Made by a program: the position numbers and the translations under genes
NCBI GenBank assembly: GCA_963734055.1
Contig: CAVTFQ010000005.1
Location: 152,940 to 216,939, forward strand
DNA length: 64,000 bases
Reading direction: 5' to 3'
From: an uncultured beta proteobacterium
GTDB lineage: Bacteria > Pseudomonadota > Gammaproteobacteria > Burkholderiales > Casimicrobiaceae
Notes under the pieces: generated by a model
Told to the model about the DNA's origin: nothing
The model's input: the letters and a program-made list of their open reading frames with translations, nothing else
Databases searched by the model: none
Shown: positions 48,553 to 57,022 of the stretch, piece by piece
Layout of the letters: each line of letters opens with the position of its first letter
How positions within the stretch are numbered: the stretch's first letter is position 1

Positions 48553-49560
48553 ATGGATAAGCATCGCACCGTCACACGCGCCGCCGCCACGTGCATTTCC
48601 GCGGCCGTCGCCGCGCTCGCACTGCTGCTGACCGCTCCGCCGGCGCTCGCGCAGGTCGAGCTCAAGCTGGGCCACGTCGGCGAGCCCGGCTCGCTCTTCC
48701 AGAAGAGCGCCGACGAGTTCGCGAAGCGCGCCAATGCGAAGCTCGGAGGCAAGGCCAAGGTCGTCACCTACGGCTCGAGCCAGCTCGGCAGCGACGAAGA
48801 GATGATCCAGAAGCTCAAGCTCGGCACGCTCGACATGGCGCTCCCATCGACGGTGATGAGCTCGCAGGTCGATCTCTTCGGGATCTTCGAGATGCCCTAT
48901 CTCGTCAAGGACCGTGCGCACATGCAGCGGATCGAGAAGGAGATCTTCTGGGCGAAGCTCGAGCCCGAGGCCGAGAAGAAGGGGCTCAAGGTGCTCGCGG
49001 TGTGGGAGAACGGCTTCCGTCAGATCACGAACAACAAGCGGCCGATCAAGGTCCCCGCCGACCTCGCCGGGATCAAGCTCCGCGTGCCCGGAGGAAAGTG
49101 GCGCGTGAAGATGTTCCAGGCGTACGGCGCCAACCCGAGTCCGATGAAGTTCTCCGAGGTGTTCACCGCACTGCAGACGGGCGTCATGGATGGCGAGGAG
49201 AATCCGTTCACGCAGATCTACTCGGCGAAGTTCCAGGAGGTGCAGAAATACCTCTCGCTCTCCGGCCACGTCTACACGCCCGCGTACCTGACGGTTGGCA
49301 AGACCAAGTGGGAGTCGCTGCCGCCCGACGTGCGCAAGATCCTCGAGGAGACCGCCAAGGAGACGCAGGCCTACGTCTACCAGGTCGCCGCGGCCGACGA
49401 CGCCGAGCTGCTCGGCAAGCTCAAGCAGGCCGGCATGCAGGTGAACGACGTCGACAAGGGGGCCTTCATCGCCGCGAGCGGACCCATCTACGAGGAGTTC
49501 GGCAAGCAAGTGCCGGGCGCGAAGGAGGCGATCGACCGCGCGGTCGCGCTCGGCAAGTAG
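48553..49560 (+). CDS. dctP: TRAP transporter substrate-binding protein
   Basis: Signal peptide ...APPALAQ, then VELKLGHVGEPGS, and FEMPYLVKD. GGAGGAGGA lies upstream of ATG 48553. Confidence 0.85.
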   Translation: MDKHRTVTRAAATCISAAVAALALLLTAPPALAQVELKLGHVGEPGSLFQKSADEFAKRANAKLGGKAKVVTYGSSQLGSDEEMIQKLKLGTLDMALPSTVMSSQVDLFGIFEMPYLVKDRAHMQRIEKEIFWAKLEPEAEKKGLKVLAVWENGFRQITNNKRPIKVPADLAGIKLRVPGGKWRVKMFQAYGANPSPMKFSEVFTALQTGVMDGEENPFTQIYSAKFQEVQKYLSLSGHVYTPAYLTVGKTKWESLPPDVRKILEETAKETQAYVYQVAAADDAELLGKLKQAGMQVNDVDKGAFIAASGPIYEEFGKQVPGAKEAIDRAVALGK

Positions 49561-49563
49561 GAG

Positions 49564-50070
49564 ATGACTCTCCGGTCGTTCCGCCGAGGATACGAGCGCT
49601 TCCTCGAGTGGATCTGCATCGCGCTGATGGCTGCGCTTGCCGCCGAGGTGACAGCGGGCGTCGTCTTCCGCTACTCGGGCCATTCCCTCGTCTGGTATGA
49701 CGAGGTCGCCACCATCCTCCTCGCCTGGGTGACGTTCCACGGCTCGGCGCTGGCGGTCCTCAGGCACGCGCACATGGGCGTACCCGAGATCGTGAGGATG
49801 CTGCCGGCCGGCCCGCGGGTCACCGTCACCGTCCTCGCGCAGTTGTGCGTGCTGGGCTTCTTCGTGCTGCTCGCCTGGGTGGGCTATTCGATTCTCGAGG
49901 TTCTCGCGACGGACCGGCTCGTTTCGCTGCCGCAGGTCTCGGTGGCTTATGCGAACTCGGTGATCCCGATCAGCGCCGTCCTCATCGTGGTGGGCCAGCT
50001 GCTGGTGTTTCCCGAGGTGCTGCGCGAAGCGCGCGGCGAAGTGATGCGCGCGGAGGAGGAGTCTGCATGA
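49564..50070 (+). CDS. dctQ: TRAP transporter small permease
   Basis: 168 aa with 4 TM segments, between dctP and dctM. ATGA overlap with dctM. Confidence 0.8.
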   Translation: MTLRSFRRGYERFLEWICIALMAALAAEVTAGVVFRYSGHSLVWYDEVATILLAWVTFHGSALAVLRHAHMGVPEIVRMLPAGPRVTVTVLAQLCVLGFFVLLAWVGYSILEVLATDRLVSLPQVSVAYANSVIPISAVLIVVGQLLVFPEVLREARGEVMRAEEESA

Positions 50071-51350
50071 TCGGCTTCCTCGTCCTGGTCTGCGTGGTTG
50101 TGCTCGTGCTGATCAACGTCCCGATCGCCGTGGCGCTTTGCATCGCGTCGGTCGTGGCGATGCTCGCGACCCAGGGTGTCGGGAGCCTGCCCAACGTGCC
50201 GCTCGCGCTCTACCAGGGCGCGACCAGCTTTCCGCTCATCGCTATCCCGTTGTTCATTCTCGCCGCCGCGATCATGAACACCTCGGGGATCTCGCACCGG
50301 CTGATCGACTTCTGCCAGGCGCTCGTCGGCTGGGTGAGGGGCGCGCTCGCCCAGGTGAACGTGCTCAGCCACATGTTCTTTGCGGAGATCTCGGGCTCGG
50401 CGGTCGCCGGCGTGGCCGCCACCGCGTCGATCATCATGCCCGCCATGAAGAAGCGCGGCTACCCGGGCCCCTTCACGGCCGCGGTGACCTCCTCCACGGC
50501 CACGCTCGCGATCATCATCCCGCCGTCGATCCCGATGATCCTGTACGCGGTCATGGCGGGCACTTCAGTGGTGCAGATGTTCGTCGCGGGCATCGTGCCG
50601 GGCCTGCTTGCGGCGTTCGGTTTCATGGGCCTGTGCTACTGGTACGCGGTCAAGTACAACTGGCCGGTGGAGGAGATCTTCCAGTGGGGCAAGCTCTGGC
50701 GCGCCTTCAAGGAGGCGTTCTGGGCGCTCACGCTGCCGATCATCATCCTCGGGGGCATCTTTGGCGGCGTGGTCACGGCGACCGAAGGCGCCGCGCTGGC
50801 CGTCGTCGCGGCTCTGTTCGTGGGCGGCGTGGTCTATCGCGAGCTCGACTGGGCGCGGCTGCGGGCGGCGATCATCGACGGCGCGGTGCAAACCGGTGCC
50901 GTGATGCTGCTGGTCGCCGCCTCGGCCCTGCTCGGCCTCTATCTCACGGAGGTGCAGCTGCCGCAGCGCATCGCGGCAGCGATGCTCTCCATCACGAGCG
51001 AAAAGTGGGCCATCCTCGCGATCCTGAATGTCTTCTTCCTCATCATCGGAATGTTCCTGCACTCGGCGGCCGCCATCGTCCTGGTGGTTCCGATCGTAAT
51101 GCCGGCGGTGGCCGCGGCGGGGATCGATCCGATCCATTTCGGCGTGATCGTGACGCTCAACCTCGCCCTCGGCCAGCAGACGCCGCCCGTGGCGAGCGTC
51201 CTCCTGCTCACCTGCTCGATCGCGAAGGAGAGCGTCTGGGACGTTACCCGCGCGAACGTGCCCTTCATCGGCGTGCTCCTGGCCACACTTCTGCTGATCA
51301 CCTACGTACCCGTCGTCACGCTGGGTCTGGTGGACCTGTTCTACCGCTAG
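50067..51350 (+). CDS. dctM: TRAP transporter large permease
   Basis: 427 aa polytopic protein; IPLFILAAAIMNTSGIS and FAEISGSAVA. Confidence 0.85.
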   Translation: MIGFLVLVCVVVLVLINVPIAVALCIASVVAMLATQGVGSLPNVPLALYQGATSFPLIAIPLFILAAAIMNTSGISHRLIDFCQALVGWVRGALAQVNVLSHMFFAEISGSAVAGVAATASIIMPAMKKRGYPGPFTAAVTSSTATLAIIIPPSIPMILYAVMAGTSVVQMFVAGIVPGLLAAFGFMGLCYWYAVKYNWPVEEIFQWGKLWRAFKEAFWALTLPIIILGGIFGGVVTATEGAALAVVAALFVGGVVYRELDWARLRAAIIDGAVQTGAVMLLVAASALLGLYLTEVQLPQRIAAAMLSITSEKWAILAILNVFFLIIGMFLHSAAAIVLVVPIVMPAVAAAGIDPIHFGVIVTLNLALGQQTPPVASVLLLTCSIAKESVWDVTRANVPFIGVLLATLLLITYVPVVTLGLVDLFYR

Positions 51351-51353
51351 TCG

Positions 51354-52133
51354 ATGGACGAAACCATCCTCGTCGAACGCGACGGACCGATGGCGACCGT
51401 CGTCCTCAACCGCGCCGACAAGCTCAATGCGCTGACCAGGCCGATGTGGCAGGGGCTGGGCGATGCGGTGCTCGCGCTGTCGGCCAACGACGATGTGCGC
51501 TGCATATTGATCCGTGGTGCCGGCGAGAGGGCCTTTTCCCCGGGCAACGACATCGGCGAGTTCGCGACCGACCGCGCGAACAAGGCGCAGGCGATCGAAT
51601 ACGGAGCCGTGATGCACGGAACGGCGCGCGCGCTCGCCGGCTGCCGCCACCCGCTCGTCGCGCAGATCCACGGCCTCTGCGTCGGCGGCGGGCTCGAGAT
51701 CGCGGCGCTTTGCGATCTTCGCATCTGCGGAACGTCGAGCCGGTTCGGCGCGCCGATCAAGAACCTCGGCCTCGTGATGGCCTATGCCGAGATGGCGCCG
51801 CTGGTCGCGCTCGCCGGTCGCGCCGTGACGCTCGAGCTGCTGCTCGAAGGCCGCATCCTCGACGCGGCCGAAGCGAAGGAGAAAGGTCTCGTCACCCGAG
51901 TCGTCGCCGATGAAGACGTCGCGGCCGAGGCGCGCGCGACCGCCGGGCGCATCGCCGACGGCGCGCCGCTCGTCGCCCGCTGGCACAAGAAGTTCGCGCG
52001 GCGGCTCGCCGAACCGCGTCCGCTCACGGCGGCCGAAGAGGACGAGTGCTTCGACTGCTTCGACACCGAGGATTTCCGCACGGGCTACGCGGCGTTCCTC
52101 GCGAAGACCAAGCCCGGGTTCAAGGGCCGATGA
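51354..52133 (+). CDS. enoyl-CoA hydratase/isomerase (crotonase) family protein
   Basis: NRADKLNAL, RGAGERAFSPGNDIGEF, and GLCVGGGLEIA. Confidence 0.8.
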   Translation: MDETILVERDGPMATVVLNRADKLNALTRPMWQGLGDAVLALSANDDVRCILIRGAGERAFSPGNDIGEFATDRANKAQAIEYGAVMHGTARALAGCRHPLVAQIHGLCVGGGLEIAALCDLRICGTSSRFGAPIKNLGLVMAYAEMAPLVALAGRAVTLELLLEGRILDAAEAKEKGLVTRVVADEDVAAEARATAGRIADGAPLVARWHKKFARRLAEPRPLTAAEEDECFDCFDTEDFRTGYAAFLAKTKPGFKGR

Positions 52134-53347
52134 ACGCCACGCATGCCGGACCGCTCGCGGGGATGCGCGTGCTCGAACTCGCGCAGATCATGGCCGGCCC
52201 CACCTGCGGTGCGCTGCTCGCCGACCTGGGCGCCGACGTGGTCAAGGTCGAGAAGCTGCCCGGCGGCGACGACGCGCGCGGCTATCGCGAGCCGCGCGTC
52301 AATGGCGTGTCGGCGCCGTTCCTGATGCTGAATCGGAACAAGCGCGGCCTGGCACTCGATCTCAAGCGGCCCGACGGTCGCGCGATCCTGCTCCGTCTCG
52401 TTCGCAGGGCGGACGTGCTGATCGAGAACTACCGGCGCGGGACGATGGAGAAGCTCGGGCTCGGATACGATGCGCTCGCCGCCGAGAATCCCGCGCTGAT
52501 CTATTGCGCGGTGACCGGCTACGGACGCGACGGCCCGTGGGCGGACAAGGGCGGCTTCGATCTCGTCGCGCAGGCGTTCGCCGGCTTGATGTCCATCACC
52601 GGCGAGCGGGGTCGCGCTCCGGTCAAGACCGGCAACCCCGTCTCCGACATCAACGCCGGCCTCCTCGCGGCCGTGGGCATCCTCGCCGCGTGGGCGCACC
52701 GGCTCTCCACCGGTCGCGGACAGATCGTCGATACCTCGCTCATGGAAGCGGCGCTGCAGCAGACGTACTGGCACGCCGCGACGTATTTCGCGACCGGCGA
52801 ATCGCCGGGACCGCTCGGGTCCGCGCATATCCTCACCGCACCTTACCAGGCCTTCGCCGCGCGCGACGGGTGGATCGTCATCGGCGGCGCGAACCAGGCG
52901 AACTGGGAGCGGATCGCCGAGGTGCTCGGCCATCCGGAGTGGCGCGACGACCCGCGCTTTGCGTCGAACTCGGCCCGGATGGCGAACCTGCCCGCGCTCG
53001 TCGCCGCGATGAGCGAGGTGCTCGCCCGCAAGTCCCGCGCCGAATGGCTCGCGCTCATGGATGCAGCCGGGGTGCCGGCCGGCCCGGTCCACTCGATCGG
53101 CGAGGCGCTCACGCATCCGCAGACGCTCGCGCGCGGAATGGTGGTCGACCTCGATCATCCGGATGCGGGGCCCGTGAAGGCGCTCGGCTGCCCGATCCAC
53201 TTCTCGGAGACGGCTGCGCGCGTCGACCGCCCCGCGCCGCGCCTCGGCGAGCACACGCGGGAAATGCTTCGGGAGTGCGGCTACGCCGACGCCGAGATCG
53301 ACGCCTTCGCGGCGGCCGGCGTCGTCGCGACCGCCGCGGCGGCCTGA
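52130..53347 (+). CDS. family III CoA-transferase (CaiB/BaiF)
   Basis: GMRVLELAQIMAGPTCGALLADLGADVVKVE and GFDLVAQAFAGLMSITG. ATGA overlap with the crotonase gene. Confidence 0.85.
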   Translation: MNATHAGPLAGMRVLELAQIMAGPTCGALLADLGADVVKVEKLPGGDDARGYREPRVNGVSAPFLMLNRNKRGLALDLKRPDGRAILLRLVRRADVLIENYRRGTMEKLGLGYDALAAENPALIYCAVTGYGRDGPWADKGGFDLVAQAFAGLMSITGERGRAPVKTGNPVSDINAGLLAAVGILAAWAHRLSTGRGQIVDTSLMEAALQQTYWHAATYFATGESPGPLGSAHILTAPYQAFAARDGWIVIGGANQANWERIAEVLGHPEWRDDPRFASNSARMANLPALVAAMSEVLARKSRAEWLALMDAAGVPAGPVHSIGEALTHPQTLARGMVVDLDHPDAGPVKALGCPIHFSETAARVDRPAPRLGEHTREMLRECGYADAEIDAFAAAGVVATAAAA

Positions 53348-53378
53348 ACTTCGACGCGCGCGGGCGAAGGCGCGCGCG

Positions 53379-54224
53379 TCACGCGCGAGTCCGTTCGAGG
53401 GATGCGCGGTAGATCGCCGCGTACCTTGCAGGATCCTGGCGAAACGTCGTCAGGCAGCAATCGCAGCAGAAGTAATACGCCGTGCCTTCGAATTGCTCGA
53501 CGTGCTTGGGGGCGGCGATATCGACGGCAATGCCGCAGACCGGATTGATGAATCGCGCTCCCGACGCGGTCTGTCCGATCGCGGCAGAAGCATCCGGCGA
53601 CGGCACCACCGCCTCCGGCTCGGGCGACGCCGCCGCAGCCGCCGACGCGCGACCGCGCAGGACCGCCAGCGCGCCGACGATCGCCACCAGCGCGATCTCC
53701 GCGGGCGCCTTGGCTCCGGCGTCCGGGCCGGCGGGGGCCGTGAGCCGCGCGAGTTGGTCCTCGCCGACGCCGCGCATGCGCATGACCTCGCGCAGCCTTT
53801 GCGCCTTGCGCCGACTCGCGATCATGAGGACATGCGTCGCGCGGCTCTTGAGCGCGCGCTCGAGCGCGTCCTCGTCCCCCTGCCCCTGCGTCGCGACCAG
53901 CACCACAGGAGCCTCGTCCGGATTGTCCGTGAGGCGGATACGGAGGCGCTCGGCCAGGAACCGGGCTTCGTCGGCGGCCGGCGTGTCGCCGAGCACGCAT
54001 AGCGCCGAGCGGCGGCTGTAGGGCTGGATGAAGAGCTCGATCGTGCCGTTGCTCGCGCAGGACATCGTGTGCTGCTCGACGTTCGCTTCGGGCTGGATCC
54101 GGTCGTTGGAGATGCGCACGAGCTTCGGCTCCCCGCTCCGGATCGCGTCCTCGGCGGCCGTCACGACCACGCCTTTCGCGCACCCGCCGCCCCCATCGCG
54201 GGAACCTCCAGGAACCCTGTGCAC
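53379..54224 (-). CDS. XdhC/CoxI-family protein fused to a C-terminal YHS (TRASH-like) metal-binding domain; N-terminus appears truncated
   Basis: Starts within the ...GGGCAKGVVVTAAEDAIRSGEPKLVRI region, which normally lies ~45 aa into XdhC N-domains. Rossmann-like part is ALCVLGDTPAA...VVLVATQG. The C-terminus NPVCGIAVD...GTAYYFCCDCCLTTFRQDPARY is a YHS motif. Confidence 0.65.
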   Translation of the reverse strand: MHRVPGGSRDGGGGCAKGVVVTAAEDAIRSGEPKLVRISNDRIQPEANVEQHTMSCASNGTIELFIQPYSRRSALCVLGDTPAADEARFLAERLRIRLTDNPDEAPVVLVATQGQGDEDALERALKSRATHVLMIASRRKAQRLREVMRMRGVGEDQLARLTAPAGPDAGAKAPAEIALVAIVGALAVLRGRASAAAAASPEPEAVVPSPDASAAIGQTASGARFINPVCGIAVDIAAPKHVEQFEGTAYYFCCDCCLTTFRQDPARYAAIYRASLERTRA

Positions 54225-54416
54225 GGCGACCGCGTGCCGAAAACCTCTCCAGGGCTGCAGATACGACGGGACAAATTATAGGCCGGCAAGATCCCCTGTA
54301 AATGTTTCAGCTCGGCGCGCCGGTTGGCCGATGTGCGGTCTGTCGCGCGGCGCGCTCCTGCGCCTTCACGTGGCGGCGCCATACAACTGCGACAGCAATC
54401 ACTGCGGTCTGCAGAT

Positions 54417-54845
54417 CTATTGTTTCTTCGTCCCTTCGCTCCGACTCCGGTAGTCGTCGTAGGACATGCTGGTGTTGCTCACGCATCGCTCGCGCTCGGT
54501 CTGATCGACGAGCCGGTTGCACTGGTTCCGCTGCCACCCCTGTGCTGACGAGTATGCCTGCTGCCATGTGCATCCTGCGACCGCGGTCATGACGATCGCG
54601 AGCGTAGTCAGCCGCAGCATGCGCGCCGACCGCGTCGGTGCGAGCCAGAAGCTTCCGAAGGCAGCGAAGAACAAGGCTACCGCACACCGATTCAGTCGCG
54701 TGGAATTCCAGAAGGTTGCGGGTTCGGGAAAGAACGCTATGGACTCCATATCGCGTTTCACCTCGGGCGCACGTTCGAGTCTGCGCCGGAAACTGTTTGC
54801 ATCGTGGTGTCGCGCGACAAGGGTTTCGATCCGCTTCTTCTGCAT
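54417..54845 (-). CDS. hypothetical small membrane protein or lipoprotein
   Basis: 142-aa ORF. An internal ATG at 54620 would give a 67-aa lipoprotein (MLRLTTLAIVMTAVAGC...). No recognisable family. Confidence 0.35.
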   Translation of the reverse strand: MQKKRIETLVARHHDANSFRRRLERAPEVKRDMESIAFFPEPATFWNSTRLNRCAVALFFAAFGSFWLAPTRSARMLRLTTLAIVMTAVAGCTWQQAYSSAQGWQRNQCNRLVDQTERERCVSNTSMSYDDYRSRSEGTKKQ

Positions 54846-54896
54846 CTTAATGTGAGCGGCCTACAGTGTCGCAGGATCGAAAGCTTCGATGAACTC

Positions 54897-55196
54897 ATGG
54901 TGTGCGGCAGGTGCAACAAGGCTATCACCATCGAACATCACGGTGGACGTTGGTGCCCCAACTGCGGATCGTTCGCAAGTCCGCCAGACCCCGAGCGGTT
55001 GCCGTCCCGTCAACCAGGGTATCGAGAAACGAGCTCCGGGCACACAACCGACCCCACTGCCTGGGATCGGCGGCCCTGGGGGCATGGTATGCGGGTGGTG
55101 CAATGCGCCGTCCGACATGTCAGATGGCATCTACGACGACGGGGAGTGGATGTGCGGGGCTTGCATTGCGCAATACGCCCACTAGAACGGACCTGA
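54897..55196 (+). CDS. hypothetical CxxC...CxxC zinc-ribbon mini-protein
   Basis: MVCGRCNKAITIEHHGGRWCPNCGS..., but the C-terminal two-thirds is low-complexity. A second MVCGWCN...CGAC module lies in another frame (55084-55185). Confidence 0.25.
   Translation: MVCGRCNKAITIEHHGGRWCPNCGSFASPPDPERLPSRQPGYRETSSGHTTDPTAWDRRPWGHGMRVVQCAVRHVRWHLRRRGVDVRGLHCAIRPLERT
55084..55185 (+). CDS. hypothetical 33-aa zinc-ribbon peptide (or the frameshifted C-terminus of the preceding ORF)
   Basis: MVCGWCNAPSDMSDGIYDDGEWMCGACIAQYAH has two CxxC pairs and starts with the same MVCGxCN as 54897. Confidence 0.2.
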   Translation: MVCGWCNAPSDMSDGIYDDGEWMCGACIAQYAH

Positions 55197-55646
55197 GCTT
55201 CGGCCCCTATCGACATCCCGCGGGACGGCTTATATGTCCTAATCGGAATTCGACCTGACGAACAATGTCCGATCAAGTTGATGCGCCTTTGATGCAGGGA
55301 CCGAGTATCGCCGTTGTGCAAACGCGAAACCCGCCGTTCAGTCCGGGCTCGTCAACTGGCGTATATGGACCCCTCCTCGGTTGCAAGCATTCCGTTCTTT
55401 GGCGATGAGGTACGACTGCTCACGTATATCCGGCCTCCAATTGCCACATCGATTTGACGATGCTCGGCCATGATGGGCTATTCGCGCGCCAGCTCCCCAT
55501 CGCTATCTCGTGCTTCTCGCACATCGCCAGTTTCGGGTTTTGCCGGCGCCGGTTCGACCTGTTCGCCATCGTTCGGCTTGCTTAGCAATCGTGGTGGATG
55601 TGCTCCTGTTGACGACCGTTGATCGGTCCCGGTGTCGAGTATTGCC

Positions 55647-56678
55647 TCAGCTTGTGACCATAGCCGGTTGGTAATCAGTGCCGTTCCTCAACATCGCCCA
55701 AGCGATGCGCGTGGTCTTATTGGCCATCGCTACTACCGCAACGTTGGGGTGGCGACGCGCCGCCAGCCGGGTTGCCCATTGACTGAGTGGGTCGTCCTTG
55801 TCTTTGGAATGGTGGATTACCGAGCGAGCACCGTGAATCAGTAGCGCCCGCAAGTATGCGTCGCCGCGTTTGCTAATTCCCAGCAATCGCTCCTTACCGC
55901 CCGAGCTGTGCTGCCTGGGCGTCAACCCGAACGCCGCGGACATCTGCCGCCCGTTAACAAACTGTTCGCCGTTGCCTACCGACGCCACCAACGCGGTGGC
56001 AATGATCGGTCCCACTCCGCGCAACTGCTGCAGCCGCTTGGCCGTCGGGTCGCTTTGCGCAATCATCGCAATTTCGCGGTCGAGTTCCGCCATCCTCTCA
56101 TCGAGCGTCCGCAGATCGTCCCACAGCCCATTTAGGAGTCGCCGGAACCGCGCACTCAGGCCGTTCTCCGCATCCTCCAACCAACAGGGCAATGCCCGCC
56201 GCAAATGCAATAACTCTTTGGGCGCCACTAACCCGTACTCGGCGACCAGGCCGCGAATCTGGTTGGCCTTGGCCGTGCGTTGCTTGGTCAACTCGGCACG
56301 GATGCGGTGCACCGCTTGAATGTCCTGTTGCGCCACCGTCTTCACCGACACAAACCGCATGTGCGGCCGACTCATGGCTTCACAGATCGCCTCGGCATCG
56401 TTGGCGTCGTTCTTGTTGCTCTTTACATACGGCTTTACAAACTGCGGCGCGACCAACCTCACCTTGAATCCTTGCGCCTGCAGTCCACGAGCCCAGTAAT
56501 GCGCACCACCACACGCCTCCATGCCAATCTCGCAGCCCGGTTCAACCGTCTCGCGCAATACCTTCAGCCAGTTCTCCCGCGAGAGCTTTCGCCGCCACAC
56601 CGCTTTCTCGTTCCGGTCTACGCCGTGCACCTGGAACACGTTCTTTGCCAAATCTACCCCAACGCGAATAAGCTTCAT
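55647..56678 (-). mobile_element. IS110-family transposase/recombinase gene (element ends not defined)
   Basis: 343 aa with DEDD-type N-domain (GVDLAKNVF, GMEACGGAHYW, KNDANDAEAI) and C-terminal SSGGKERLLGISKRGDAYLRALL. AAGGAG precedes ATG 56678. Confidence 0.9.
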
Positions 56679-57022
56679 GACGGACTCCTTCTCCCGGTTG
56701 ACTGGTGGATGACACTTCCAGTCTGGCACCTCGATGCCGTTTAGGTGAGGAGGGGTCCATCCCATTGCTATCGGCCAGAACCAGTCGTAGCGATTTGCTG
56801 CAAGCATCGCTTCTTTCAAAGGCCGCCAACAGTCGTGATGCAACCACCGGGTCCGAAGGTCGAGTCGACGTTGTTGTTGCCGAGCGAGAAACGGGACTGG
56901 GATACGCGCGCCTCACCCTTGGCCGTCTTTGGGCCGGTAGCAGGCCAGCGCGGCGGCGGAGTCACCGAAGGGGCAGTCGGAAAAGCTGGTGTACTCATGC
57001 GGGACCGGTTCCGGACGGCGGC

